DNA of 62,288 nucleotides, counting the filler, from Pirum gemmata (taxonomy: Eukaryota), in the NCBI GenBank assembly GCA_002812295.1. It is 18 parts of 18 records of this genome, joined end to end, with 100 filler letters (N's around TTAATTAATTAA, not from the genome) between each part and the next. Parts side by side here need not be neighbours in the genome. Positions count along the whole stretch, not along the records: positions 24,708 to 27,647 come from PDIN01003917.1; positions 27,748 to 33,018 come from PDIN01003918.1; positions 33,119 to 36,105 come from PDIN01003919.1; positions 36,206 to 39,145 come from PDIN01003920.1; positions 39,246 to 43,881 come from PDIN01003921.1; 13 more parts are not named here. One strand, given 5' to 3'. The notes beneath the pieces were generated by a model that did no database searches, was not told where the DNA came from, and saw only the letters and a list, made by a program, of their open reading frames with translations. This document shows positions 26,190 through 39,449 of the stretch, piece after piece; position 1 is the first letter of the stretch, and each line of letters starts with the position of its first letter. Position numbers and translations under genes: made by a program.

Positions 26190-27400
26190 AAACGAGCCGA
26201 GCCTAAATCACAAACATGACACTCAATACCGAGCCGAAGCACTATGATGACATAACCCCGAAAAGCAAGCCTAATCATGGTTTTAGAGAGTTTGTATTGA
26301 AATCTACCAGGGTAGATTACACAAACAAGCCACATCACAAACATGTCGTAATACCGAAAAAAAACCCGAGCTTAATCGTAGTTTTAGAGAGGTTGAATCG
26401 AAATCTACCCGGGGTAGATTACACAAACGAGCCACATCACAAACATGTCTTAATACCGAAAAAAAACCGAGCCTGAATTGAAATCTACCCGGGGTAGATT
26501 TAAATACACAACCGAGCCACATCACAAATATGTCTTAATATCTGAAAAAACGAGCCTAATCATAGTTTTAGAGAGCTTGAATTGAAATCTACCCGGGGTA
26601 GATTTACACAACCGAACCACATCACAAACATGTCTTAATACCGAGTTGCTTATCTGGAGAGCTTACAAAGCAATCTACCGACCTTAAAATTAGTTTCAGA
26701 GAGCTTTAATTGAAATCTACCCGGGTAGATTTACACAACCAAACCGCATCACAAACATGTCTTAATACCGACTTGCTCATCTGGAGAGCTTACACAGCAA
26801 TATACCGACCTTAACATTAATGTCAGAGAGCTTTAATTAAAATCTACCCAGGGTAGATTTACACAACCGAACCACATCACAAACATGTCTTAATACCAAG
26901 TTGCTCATCTGTAGAGCTTACATAGCAATCTACCGACCTTAACATTAGTTTCAGAGAGCTTTAATTAAAATCTACCCAGGGTAGATTTACACAACCGAGC
27001 CACATCACAAATATGTCTTAATACCGAGTTGCTCATCTGGAGTGCTTACACAACAATCTACCGAACTTAACATTAGTTTCAGAGAGCTCTAATTGAAAAC
27101 TACCCGGGGTAGATTTACACAACCGAGCCAGATCACAAATATGTCTTAATATCGAGCTGCTCATCTGGAGTGCTTACACAGCAATCTACCGACCTTACCA
27201 TTAGTTTCAGAGAGCTTGAATTGAAATCTACCCTGGTAGATTTACACAACCGAGCCAGATCACAAATATGTCTTAATACCGAGTTGCTCATCTGGAGAGC
27301 TTATACAGCAATCTACCGACAGCTCTACCTAGATTTACACAACCGAGCGCTATTCCCAAACATTCCTTAATAATGAATCGGAACACCATTCATTCCATAA
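26190..27400. repeat. Minisatellite, about 128-bp unit and about 10 copies, each centred on the palindrome AAATCTACCC(G/A)GGGTAGATTT
   Basis: Palindrome cores at about 26300, 26401, 26481, 26585, 26714, 26839, 26968, 27096 and 27224; the remainder of the unit is conserved (ACACAACCGAGCCACATCACAAACATGTCTTAATACCGAG...). Confidence 0.95.
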
Positions 27401-27611
27401 CCTTGAATAACAGAGCCTAATCTAGAGAGGTTTAACAACAATCTAAAGACCTTAACAGAAGTTTAAGAGAGCTTTAATCGGAATCTACACCGATTTATGT
27501 CGGCGAATATTTTCCGGCGTGCTTTTTTTTTACGCTTGTCTTAAATCCTTGTGCATCAAATCACTTTAACAACAATAACAATAACAATAACAACAACATC
27601 AATAATAAAAC

Positions 27612-27647
<36 letters not shown>

Positions 27648-27749
27648 NNNNNNNNNNNNNNNNNNNNNNNNNNNNNNNNNNNNNNNNNNNNTTAATTAAT
27701 TAANNNNNNNNNNNNNNNNNNNNNNNNNNNNNNNNNNNNNNNNNNNNCT

Positions 27750-28500
27750 TTTCAATGTCAATATTGTTCCAAAGAATTTCCACCAGAAGTCAAACTACTG
27801 TCAAACTACACATTTTTGAACGTAGACAAAACTGTAAGACTAGAGTAAGACTAGATTAGAATATTACAATGGACAACATACCTACACACAGGATGGATAA
27901 CATCAAAGACTCCATGAAAATTTCTTTTTCCCGGGGTCTTTGATAACATACATCAAAAAAATATTACATATTAACCCAGATATAGATGATATTAAACTCC
28001 AACAATATCCACAACAACGTTAACGACTAGAACACTATAATACTAGGAACAAAGTTCNACTCAGTGTTGTACTACTCAATTTATAGTACGTTTGATTTAT
28101 TTTGTCACTCTGAATATTTATTTGGTTGGTTATAATATTTAAGTTGACATTTTTAATAAATAAATAGATTAAACCAAATTAAATGAAATGGATTTTTATG
28201 GTATTACTTTGGTACTCTTTATTGTATATTTTATTATGACAAAACAACTGAAAAGCACGATAGGAACAAAGATTCAAAACAAATTTATATTTCTACAATA
28301 AAAGAACAATACAAATTTAATATATATATACAATTATTCATCATAGACTATATACTATAGTCTTATTATGAAAAATACAACAAATCACAACCAACTGACA
28401 ACCAAATCATTAACTTATACCAAAGTATTAAGAAACAAATCAACAAAACACAACTTTAATTTAACTATAAACATTACTAGGAACCAAAGAAAAAAAAAAC
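27750..28500 (+). mobile_element. Interspersed repeat family E, probable decayed 3' end of a non-LTR (L1/Tx1-like) retrotransposon, carrying a family A MITE
   Basis: Related copies at about 45785-46180 (+) and about 58180-58390 (-). Fragmentary translation CQYCSKEF..LHIFE..C..W..NTIILGTK resembles the zf-RVT C-terminus of ORF2; ends in an A run. Confidence 0.55.
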
Positions 28501-28922
28501 TAGTATCATAGTAAGGACTCTTTTTACTTGCTACAATAGTTCAGTGATAGTTCCTTCTGGTTCTAACTTCTAGCTAGCTAGATTAGTTCTAGATATTTCA
28601 ACTAAAATATTTCAACTGATATCGATTTTGTTTATATAGACTCTACCAAGGACCTCAAAAGCTACCTCAAAGTCCTTGACTCTACTTATTGATAGTTTCA
28701 AGTTTCAACCGGTTTCCTACTAAATTCCTACTACTATGATATACTAGCTTTTGCAAAGGTGCCATTTATTTAATTATGACATAATAATAATAACTTCAGG
28801 TTCTTCAGGTTCTCTAGCTAGTCATCACTTTTGTAACACTTTTGTAGTAAATTTGTACAGCTTTTGTATTTTCTTTTCTCCTTCTACCGGGTAGTCTATC
28901 ATAGTCTAGTGAAAAAAACAAA

Positions 28923-28956
<34 letters not shown>

Positions 28957-31036
28957 AGCTACTAGCTAGAGTCCCAGCTACAGAGACGCCAAGGCTCTAG
29001 TAGCTAGTATCGATAGCTAGCTATGACTAGCTACGCCTACCTAGCTATCTACACCTACGTAAACTCGAGAATTTTTTACTTTTATCGATAGGTCTAGAGT
29101 CGATAAATACAGGANAATAATTAAATAATTAAAAAATCAGACTTAAAATTTAAGAATTAAATTTATTAATAAAAAGCGCTATTAAATTTGCTTATTATAT
29201 CATACCATAATTTTAGTATCAACATAGCAGACTATCATATCGTATAACTTATTTTGATATAATTTTTTGAAATAATTATAATAAAACACTAACAAAGCAA
29301 GTAACAGCAAACAAACAGCAAATAAAGTGCAAATAATACCACATTATACCAACATGATAATGAAAATAATAACAATAAAGATAAGAACAACAACAACAAT
29401 AATAATAATAGTATACATATAATAGAGTCATATTAATAATAGTAATATTAATAATTAAAATTAATGTCAGCATAATATTAATAAGTGTATATTAATAGCA
29501 ATTGCAATTGCAACAAAACTGAATTATTATAAATTAATGTTTAGATCGATATCTCTATAACTACCACAACAACGTTTACTGCAAAAAATAACGTCAACAT
29601 TAATTGAAATTTGTATTGACGTTAATCAACACGTTAAATTTAACGTAATAATGATAATAATTATATAGCTATAGCTATATAATATTTAATTAATACTTAT
29701 TATTATTATTATTACAATAGATGCTATATAATAATAATAATCATGCATAATATTATGCATATCAAAATAATTAATATAAAATAATAATTAGTATAATTGT
29801 ATCTAAAAGCAAATACTAATTATATAATTATAACGACAATATATAACAACCACAAATAACAACTAACAGGTGCAACATTGAACAGCAAAGAAAACAAGAA
29901 ACAAATTTATTTCTTGTTTTCTTTGCTCAACAAAAAAGTACAAAACCCAATAATATGGATAACTAGAGCTAATTATATAAGTTGTATACAATAAAATATT
30001 AATAACAATCGCTCATAACAAAAATATTGTTATGGATGGTTATAATTAGTATTATATAGTTAAAAACAGACAACAATAAACAAGCTACAAAAACAACCAA
30101 ACAACAACAATATAGTATTATACAACAAACAACTGCAGACAACCGACTACCACAAACATATGATAACAACAACTACAATTGCAATAAATAGAAAAACCAA
30201 CGACAACAGCACTAGCAGCAATACCAACGTTAGCCATCATAAAAATGACTATAATGTTATATATTATAATATTATAACTACAAAATTAATACACAACATA
30301 TGTACACAAAAACTACTACAACAAAATTAACAACAGCAAACACTAGCTAGCAAACAACAAAGCAACATAATTATCGTACGGCGAGGACATAATTAAAAAA
30401 CAACAAACAAAAATCATAAAAAACAATAACAATACAAACAATAATCATTAATTAATAAATAATATAAAATATTAATAATAATTATAACTACAAAGTACTA
30501 CAGTATATTTATAATTAATTAAAATATAAAGGAAAATAAAATGAAGGGCACCAAAAAGTAAGTTATCATGATTTTTTTTAAAATTTATATATAAATGTAT
30601 CATGTAATAATTAGTTTTGTAAAATATTTATATATACCAGGTATATTTGTAAAAAAAGCATAAACTGCTTTGATTCATTTTATATCGATAAACACACGGT
30701 TACATATTTTTTTTTTTTTTTTTTTTTTNAAAGTGTCTATCAGGTGGTGTCTATTTTTTTTTTTATTTATGTAGTTTTCGCACATCGTTCTCAGTTAAGT
30801 ACCTCCAATGTATAGCGGGGTGTCCCTCCGGTAGCGACTGGATCTAGCACCCTTTCTTTTTTGTTTCGACATTTGACAGTGCTGGCAGCGGATCGAATAT
30901 ATGTATCTAGTATAATATATATAGTGTTTATAAAAAAGAATTAACAGGAATTTGGGGACTAAGAAAAAATGCAAAATTATTATTAATTTATTATTATAGT
31001 ATTATTATATTATTATGATATTATTATTATTTTTAA

Positions 31037-31281
31037 CTACCAAGCCGGATAAAAATAGTATAAAAATGGCGACAACCGCCATATCTCAAAATGAGCCAAT
31101 TTTAATGAAAGTCGGTGGGTCTACTTACGTCAAAATTTGAGAAATCGTCTAACTAAGAAAACTCTACTATGAACCAATGGCTAGTTTTTAACAATAATTT
31201 GGCTAGTTATAATATAATTAAAGATTTTTAGAACAGAAGTCTAAAAAAAAAAGATTTCTACAGTTATAACCGGCCTGGCTG
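31037..31281. mobile_element. MITE family G, piggyBac-like (TTAA on both flanks)
   Basis: TTAA at 31033-31036 and 31282-31285; imperfect TIR CTACCAAGCCGGATAAAA / TTATAACCGGCCTGGCTG. Other copies at about 35362-35583, 36233-36481 and 57909-58095 (inverted). Confidence 0.7.
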
Positions 31282-31632
31282 TTAAAAAAAATAATAATTG
31301 TCAAGTTTCAACATTTTTTTAAAATAATACCTTTCATCTTTTGCTATCAATGGCTAAGCTCTGGCTGGTCCTAATAAAATCTTTTTTTATCATTTTTATA
31401 GGCTAAGGATATGCAGCCATATGCTATAATCATGTAGGTCACGTGATATAGTACTAGTTATTTGTATATAGACAGTATATAGACTAATATTGTCATAAGT
31501 TCATAACTATCATAATTTATTTTTTTGGATAATTCAAGGAGTGCGGGGATAGTTTTTTGGATGTTTTTGGTATGCTTTTATATTTTTTTTAATTAAAAAT
31601 ATATTTGTATCATAATAGACTAATAATTGAGT

Positions 31633-31781
31633 AGGGGGAACTTTTTTCGAACAGATGTTTATCGAGCCAACCTTAGTTCCGTGTTTCTTACTAATAATAG
31701 CAGTTAAGTAGCTTAAAATAGTAAATCTAATTAATTCCGGCAGCTGTTCGGTAATAATAAAATGACGTCATCTCACCCCTA
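31633..31781. repeat. Interspersed repeat family H
   Basis: Reverse-complement match to about 22293-22498 (TGACGTCATTTTATTATTACCGAACAGC.. and GGAACTAAGGTTGGCTCGATAA.CATCTGTTCGAAAAAAGTTCC). Confidence 0.8.
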
Positions 31782-32108
31782 CTAATAATTGTCTTTAGCT
31801 TACATTATAGTATCATAGCTTGGTCTACGCGATAGCTGTTGGGCCAATGTTGGCAGTGTGTTGGCACAATTTTCACTCAATTTTCGCAGCTTTCGCAAAC
31901 AAAAGAAAAATATCTGAAAAAAATATACATTTCCAAATTTGCTTTCTCTCAATCTATAGAGAAATAAGAAAAACCAATAATATATATTTTTTTTTTTAAA
32001 AAAAATATTAAAATCTATAGAGAAATAAGAAAAACCAATAANNNNNNNNNNNNNNNNNNNNNNNNNNNNNNNNNNNTTATTTTATTTATTTTATTTTATT
32101 TATTTTAG

Positions 32109-32772
32109 TTGAAGTATGATGCTTTTGGTTGGGGTAGCTTAAGTAAAACTCATCCATTTGAATATTATGAAGTAATGAATGAAGAAGAGAAGGATTATTA
32201 TGTCAAGCCCAATAAATTACGTCGTGTAAGTTTGCCTTTTGTCTCGCAACGAAATTGTTTACAACACGTGTACAGAGGCTTACCTACTCATGCTCGTAAG
32301 CATTTCCATAAAATTTCAGACTACATAATTTGCGCAGGGTCTAGAAATTCTATTTCTGATACCGCCAATGGAGGTATTAATATATCATATTTTTTAGATT
32401 CCCCCGTCACCCTGCGTCTTGCCAAATTTCGAAATCAGTTTTTTTTTTTGTTATTTAAATTGTTAATTGTTAATTGTTAATTGTTATTTGTTATTTGTTA
32501 TTTGTTATGTGGTTATTTGGTTATTTGGTTATTTGTTATTTGTTATTTGTTATTTGTTATTTGTTATTTGTTATTTGTTATTTGTTATTTGTTATTTGTT
32601 ATTTGTTGTTTGTTGTTTGTTGTTTGTTGTTTGTTGTTTGTTGTTTATTGTTTGTTATTGGCTATTTTGCTATCTAAACTTTTTATTAGGTAGTATTTAA
32701 TACTAAACATTACTTTACATTAACTAGATTCAGGAGGGCCTTTATTTCGATATACCAAAGACGGAGAAACAG
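32109..32772 (+). CDS. Trypsin-like (S1A) serine protease, exons 32109-32373 and 32728-32772
   Basis: AFGWG, PNKLRRVSLPFVSQRNC, IICAG. Splicing G|GT(32374)...AG(32727)|AT rebuilds the catalytic motif DTANGDSGGPL. The intron contains a (TTATTTG)n microsatellite. Confidence 0.92.
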
Positions 32773-34388
32773 GTTTATATACGTTGTTCTTTCTCAAATA
32801 ACTCTTAAATCTGTACATGCATACCACACAAACCTCATCCACAAACTTCATCCACAAACCTCATCCTCAAACCTCATCCTCAAACCTCATCCTCAAACCT
32901 CATCCTCAAACCTCATCCACAAGCAAGCACAAGCACAAGCACATGCATACCAAACCAAACCAACCCCACCCACCCGTACACACCCGTATACATCACCCAC
33001 CCGTACACACCCGTATACNNNNNNNNNNNNNNNNNNNNNNNNNNNNNNNNNNNNNNNNNNNNTTAATTAATTAANNNNNNNNNNNNNNNNNNNNNNNNNN
33101 NNNNNNNNNNNNNNNNNNATAATAATAATAATAATAATAATAATAATTTGTCATAATAATAATAATAATTGTTATAATACTAACAATAACAATATTATTT
33201 ATTTATGTAGTTTTCGCACATCGTTCTCAGTTAAACAATAATAAAAAGATGTTTTTTTTGAAATAAAGAAAATATTTTTATTTTTATCTAGTATTATTAC
33301 TAGTATTATTATTATTATTATCTTTATTAATTTTGCGGTTTTTTAAGTTGTTTGCATAATCTGTTTGCATAATACCGGTATGTGACATGTCAACTCCAAT
33401 GACAGCGAAACTTTTTTATAGCATGCACCAAAGATCTCTTGCGAAAAAAAAAAGCCCAAATTTTTAGAGTACTAAATGACGAGTAAATGACACCATATTT
33501 TGTACATACAAATATATGTATGTATTTTAAAAAAAAAAAACCCCCCTTACTTTATCAAATTATCACCCCTCCTAAAAAATAACGGGAATAAAAACTTTTT
33601 GCGCACCATTTTATTTTTTTTGTGGGTTCTTCTGGTTCAGAGGTTCTTCAGAGTCCAGACTTTCTTCAGAGGTTCTTCAGAGTCCAGACTTTCTTCAGAT
33701 TTCTTCAGTGAGACAAACAAGGAATCATCTATGCCTCTTTGTCCAAAAAACTTTTGGTCATAATTTTAAAGTTCATTTTAATAATTAATTACTGCCTAAA
33801 ACAGTTTAAGTCACACTTTCGAGCAATGACTTCTATCAAAGAATAAGTGACGTCCTATTAATACTAAACAAACTATATCGATATTATTGTCAAACTGTCA
33901 TACGAATACTCCGACAGTTCTCACTTTATACTATATATGATACTAGAATATCATTTTCAAAACAAGAGAAACAAATTATTTAAAAATGCTACAGCATAGT
34001 TTGAATTTATTATCATATAATAATATGATGATTATTTATAAGGATTGGGTTTTTTAACTCTATGACCTTCTATAGGTCCACTCATGGGTATGTGATAGTA
34101 TTACACTCCGAGAATAGTAACTGATTTTTTGTATATCAAAATCATTTATATAGTAACAAATTGTGTTTTACTAGGAAAAATTTTTTTTTTGTCTTTATTT
34201 ATTTATTATTATACATAATATTATATTGTTATTTAAAATTTATCGATAGTTGAAACTACTTGTGTTTTTGCTGGTGTGTTTTTGCTAATTTTATTCTTCT
34301 TTCTTTTTTATTCCAATTCCCAATGTATATATATTAATATAATCCAAAAATTACAATAATATATATTAATATATGGTTATAATATTAT

Positions 34389-34570
34389 GGTTAGGGTTAG
34401 GGTTAGGGTTAGGGTTAGGGTTAGGGTTAGGGTTAGAGTTAGGGTTAGAGTTAGGGTTAGGTTTAGGGTTAGGTTTAGAGTTAGGTTTAGGGTTAGGTTT
34501 AGGGTTAGGTTTAGGGTTAGGGTTTAATAGGGTTAGCTAAAGGGTTATTATAATTAGGGTTAGGGTTAGC
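34389..34570 (+). repeat. Interstitial (TTAGGG)n array with TTAGAG/TTAGGT variants
   Basis: Read directly. Similar arrays at 20570-20660, 21313-21340, 36870-37080, 45478-45710, 53048-53078, 56265-56400, 57335-57425 and 58413-58474. Confidence 0.93.
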
Positions 34571-35818
34571 TAGCTAGTAGGATTAGATAGTAGTAGTGTT
34601 AGGTCTCTTGTTAATCGTTTGGCTTAATAGTTGTAGTAGTAGTAATATTGGTAGTAGTAATGGTAGTATTAGTAGTAGTATTAGTAGTAGTATTTGCAGT
34701 AGTAGTACTAGCAATAGTAGTAATAGTAATATATATAGCTAGCTAGCTAGAGCTAGTTTTTAGGGATAAGGGTATTATTGGGCTCGCTACTAGCTAGCTA
34801 GTAAGCTAGCTACTATCAATAGCTAGCTATCGATAGCTAGACTAGAGTCTGCTAGCTAGCTAGCTGCTAGCTAGACTACACTTAGACTACTCAGTTTATA
34901 AAAATGCATAATATCACTATAATATCATTATAATATCGATAATAATATTATTATGATAATATGCAAAAAGGTCACAAAGACCATAATATTTTATTATATG
35001 TCAGATATTAATAATTATATTATAATATAATCTATGATAATATGATAATATTATAATATTATCATACCAAAATGAAAGACAAGAGGTAGACTATCATAGT
35101 CTAATAAGAAAAAATAGCAGCACTCGCAAAAAAAAAAAAAAAAAAAAAAAAACAAAAAAAAGACCACTTCGAGCACTGATTACATCATTTACACCTTTCA
35201 ATAACCAATGGGCTGAACACAACAAATTGAAAGGGTGATAGACCCAACCATTGCCGGCGGGGGGACACCCCTAGACCCTAAATAGGCCACTACCTTGCAG
35301 AGTAACAAATCCTGTAGTCTATATATATATACAAAAAAATCATATGATAATAAATTTACTAAAGGATAAAATGGTGACATCCACCATGTGAGCTCAAAAT
35401 CCAAAAAACTCAAAATGATCCAATTTTTATAAGAGTGCTACCAAATATTGATAAATTTTCTAATTAAGAAAACTTTATTATGAGCCAATGGTTAGTTTTT
35501 AAAAATGATTTGGGTAGTTAGCGTTAAAGTTTTTAGAAAAGAAGTCTAAAAAAAAAAGATTAGTTTTATCCACCTTGGCTGTTATCATAATAATATTATA
35601 TCTACTAGGCTGTTATATTGATAATAATATATACTTGTTAGTAGAAGTTTTAGTTATTTGTTTATAGACTATTATCAATCAATTATCATTTATTTATTAT
35701 TATCATAATACCCAAAAAACAAACAAACAAACAAACAAACAAACAAACTAACTAACTAATAAGTAAATAAACAAGACAAAAAAAGTAGATAATCATTATT
35801 AAACAAAACTAAAAAAAA

Positions 35819-36105
35819 ATGGAACTCGAAATTCAAGGCTTCGAAAAAGGAAGACCAGTATTTGGAAAACTAGCTGGGCCAAATCGTGCTCAAACACAGA
35901 GTGCAGAATTCTTATCATTTTCTATTAACAATAGCGGTGCTTGTGAAAATGAGCTCCTAACTTTTAAACAAAACCCACACCTATTCGGTAATAAGGAAAA
36001 TAAACCTGGTCGTTTAGCAGCATGTGCGTGGGATGGTAGTTTAGTTTTGTCGGCATATTTAATATCTAGAATGAAGAATAAAAATTATAATAATAATAAT
36101 AATAA
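35819..36105 (+). CDS. N-terminus of a putative protein-lysine methyltransferase (Methyltransf_16 / METTL21-like), truncated at the scaffold end
   Basis: ATG in an A-rich context; LTFKQNP...GRLAACAWDGSLVLSAYL matches the family's Q...G..(V)WD.(S/A).VL..YL motif preceding motif I. Confidence 0.65.
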
Positions 36106-37320
36106 NNNNNNNNNNNNNNNNNNNNNNNNNNNNNNNNNNNNNNNNNNNNTTAATTAATTAANNNNNNNNNNNNNNNNNNNNNNNNNNNNNNNNNNNNNNN
36201 NNNNNAAAAATTTTTTTTTTTTTTTAAAAAAAACTACCAACCCGGATAAAAATGGCGACATCTGCCATGAGCTCAAAAATCCTGAAAATCTCAAAATGAT
36301 CCAATTTCAATTAAAATACTACCAAAATATTGAGAAATTGGATGATTAAGAAAGCTCTATTATGAACCAATGGATAGTTTTTAAAAATAATTTGGCTAGT
36401 TAGTAACTTGCATTTTAAAAGTTTTTAGAAAAGAAGTCTAAAAAAAAAAACGTTTCTGCAGTTTTATCCGGTAGTGGTGTTCAAAAAAAAAAAAAAAAAA
36501 AAAAAAAACAAAAAAAAAAAAAAAAAAAAATAATAAAAATTTAAAAGAAAAATAAGAAAAAAAAAAAAAAAAAAAAAAAAAAAAACGAAAAAAACGAAAA
36601 AAAAAACGAAAATGCTGCTTGATTTGAATATTTTTGGTTGGAAGTCATTTTTACTAGGTCATTTTTATTGCTCAAAAACTGTTCCAAACACATTTTTTTA
36701 AACCAATACTATTTAAATTAATTTTAATTTATTAGCAACAAAGTCGATAGTGTATTTAGTGTTAGCTATTACTGTGAAAAATGAAAATGTGCAGTTCAAA
36801 AACTGAAATAAACGTACCAAATTATTATTATGGTAAAAAACTATCAGACATGTTTTAATGTGTAGAGTCTGGGGTTAGGGTTAGGGTTAGGGTCAGTGAA
36901 GCTAGATTGGTGAAGCCTGTTAGGTGTATTAGCGTTTAGCGTTAGGGTTTAGAGTTAAGAGTTAGGGTTTAGAGTTAGGGTTTAGAGTTAGGGTTTAGAG
37001 TTAGGGTTTAGAGTTAGGGTTTAGAGTTAGGGTTAGAGTTGGGGTTTAGAGTTAGGGTTTATATTTAGGGTTCAGGGTTGGCGTTTATGAGATTTATAGT
37101 AAAGAGGTCTAAGGTAAAGGAAAATGAAGAAATCTGGGATTGAGACTTAAGAGCAACAACGTTAACCGGACATATAATATTATTTTATCATATATAGTTT
37201 TAAGCATGATTTTTTTTTTTTTTTTGATAATTTATAAATTTCATTTTGTTAATTTGGTTCCCGTTTTAGGTTTCTGTGAAAGAGCATGGGGAAGATTAGA
37301 AGCCCACAGCTATCTATGAT

Positions 37321-38548
37321 GCAGGGAAAGGAAGAAAAGTAAGGGAAATGCAAAAAAAATGTAGGGAAAATGTAAAAAAAAATGCAGGAAAAATGCAGGA
37401 AAAATGCAGGAAAATTGAAACGCGGGAAAATGTCGGGAAAAGGGAAAATGATCATTAAATTATATATTTATAGAAAGGAATAAACAATCGAACGATAGAC
37501 TAATTGAATTTTTATCGAAGAAAAAAATCACAAGGTGTATATATAGTAATAATTTAGTGTATGAATGTTAAGCCCCTGGTAAAAGAAAAAATCAAAAATT
37601 TTGAAACAAACCACAAACTTTAAATTCCAATCAAACGTTTATTCAATTGGGAGAAGTGGGAGGATTCAGGGAAAGGAAGAAAAGTAAGGAAAATGCAGAA
37701 AAAATGTAGGGCAAAAGGAAAAATGCAGGAAAATGCAGGAAAAATACAGGAAAAATGAAGGAAAATGAAGGAAACTGCAGGGGAAGTTCAGGGAAAATGC
37801 AGGAAAAGGAAACTACCAGGAAAATTAAAGCAATAGCATGTTTGATTTTTAAACTAGTTCGAATTTTCGATCAAAACATTATATATTTATAGAAAAGAAT
37901 AAACGATCGAACGATAATTAAATTTTTAGCGAAGAGAAAAATCACAAGGCATATATATATATATAGTGTATGAATATTAAAATACCTGCCAAATAAATAA
38001 TGAAAAGAAAAAAAGCAAAAAGAGAATTTTAAACAAACCAACAAACTTTAAATTCCAATCAAACGTTTATTCAATTGGGCAGGGAAAGGAAGAACAATAA
38101 GGAAAATGCAGAAAAAATGTAGGGAAAATGCAGGAAAAATGCAGGAAAAATGCAGGAAAATAAAGGAAAATGCAGGAAACTGCAGGGGAAATTCAGGGAA
38201 AATGCAGGAAAAGAAAACTAGGGAAATGCCAGGAAAATTAAAGCAATAGCATATTTGATTTTAAAACTTAGTTCGAATTTTCGACCAAAACATTATGTAT
38301 TTATAAAAAAGAATAAACGATCGAACGATAATTGAAACTTTTATCAAAGAAAAAAATCACAAGGTGTATATATATGGAACCAGATGTGGGTCTTTCGGCC
38401 CTTGACCAATATATATATATAGTGTATGAATATTAAAATACCTGCCAAATAAATAATGAAAAGAAAAAAAGCAAAAAGAGAATTTTAAAACAAACCAAAA
38501 CCTTTAAATTCTAATCAAACGTTTATTCAATTGGGAGAAGTGGGAGGG
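37321..38548 (+). repeat. Three tandem units of about 345-470 bp containing (GCAGGAAAAAT)n subrepeats
   Basis: Units start CAGGGAAAGGAAGAA at about 37322, 37667 and 38080 and end in CAAACGTTTATTCAATTGGG. Confidence 0.9.
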
Positions 38549-38556
38549 TTTAATCA

Positions 38557-38882
38557 CTATTACTATCATAATCACTGCCACTATCACTATCGCTATTATT
38601 ATTCACCATTACCATTACCATTGCCATGATGACCCATTACCATTACCATTACCATTACCATTGCCATTACCATTGCTATTACTTATGTTACTATTACTTT
38701 TACTATTCCTATTCCTATTACTATTCCTATTCCTATTCCTATTATTGTTACTATTACTATTTAATATCAGTATTACTATTACTATTACTATTACGATTAC
38801 TATTACTATTACTATTATCATTACTATTATTATTACCCTTACCCTTACCCTTACCATCATTATTGCTATTGCTATTGCTATT
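38557..38882. repeat. Mixed hexamer microsatellite (TTACCA/TTACTA/CTATTC)
   Basis: Read directly; related arrays at 39099-39145 (TTAGTA)n and 62081-62288 (TTACTA)n. Confidence 0.9.
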
Positions 38883-38916
38883 ATAACAACTATAACTTTT
38901 CTTAATAATATTTTTG

Positions 38917-39019
38917 TTAACTTTCCAAATCTGACTCACTAAATGTGAAACTTTCGGCGGATTCGGAGCGTGGGATATCTTTAAGTTCTACAACAGGTAG
39001 AATTAATTTACTTCTATAA
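38917..39019 (-). CDS. Possible terminal exon of an unknown gene
   Basis: Acceptor-like ATTTAG, then YRSKLILPVVELKDIPRSESAESFTFSESDLES*, with higher GC than the flanks. No family recognised. Confidence 0.3.
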
Positions 39020-39245
39020 CTAAATCCTAAAAATATGAGAAAACCATTATTAGTAAATAAATAAATGAATGTTTTATATAATAATAATAGGATATACTTA
39101 GTATTAGTATTAGTATTAGTATTAGTATTAGTATTAGTATTAGTANNNNNNNNNNNNNNNNNNNNNNNNNNNNNNNNNNNNNNNNNNNNTTAATTAATTA
39201 ANNNNNNNNNNNNNNNNNNNNNNNNNNNNNNNNNNNNNNNNNNNN

Positions 39246-39449
39246 ACAACAGCAACAACAACAGCAACAACAACAGCAACAACAACAACAACAACAACAA
39301 CAACAAAACCAACAACAACAAAAGCTATTAATACAACAACAACAACATATGCATCAACAGCTACAAAAATATCAACAACTGCAACCACTACACCGAAATT
39401 GCAACCACTACCATCCCAACAACAACAACACCGAAAAACAGTCCTATGA
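39246..39449 (+). CDS. Possible 3' end of a Thr-rich (mucin-like) coding sequence
   Basis: Open from the scaffold start: TTATTTA..KPTTTKAINTTTTTYASTATKISTTATTTPKLQPLPSQQQQHRKTVL*. Confidence 0.3.
   Translation, partial: TTATTTATTTATTTTTTTTTKPTTTKAINTTTTTYASTATKISTTATTTPKLQPLPSQQQQHRKTVL

Noticed and set aside
26190..27400. CRISPR-like array of palindromic repeats
   Set aside because: Sequences between palindromes are homologous to each other rather than unique spacers; eukaryotic context and no cas genes.
29250..30500. A/C-skewed region resembling decayed coding sequence
   Set aside because: No recognisable motif or sustained frame.
30800..30912. Helitron 3' end (GC-rich stretch ending CTAG-T) or a structured RNA gene
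   Set aside because: No convincing subterminal hairpin, no tRNA cloverleaf and no matching 5' end; CTAG is very common in this genome.
34389..34570. TTAGGG arrays as true chromosome ends
   Set aside because: Most are short and flanked by non-telomeric DNA on both sides; those at scaffold ends may only mark assembly breaks.
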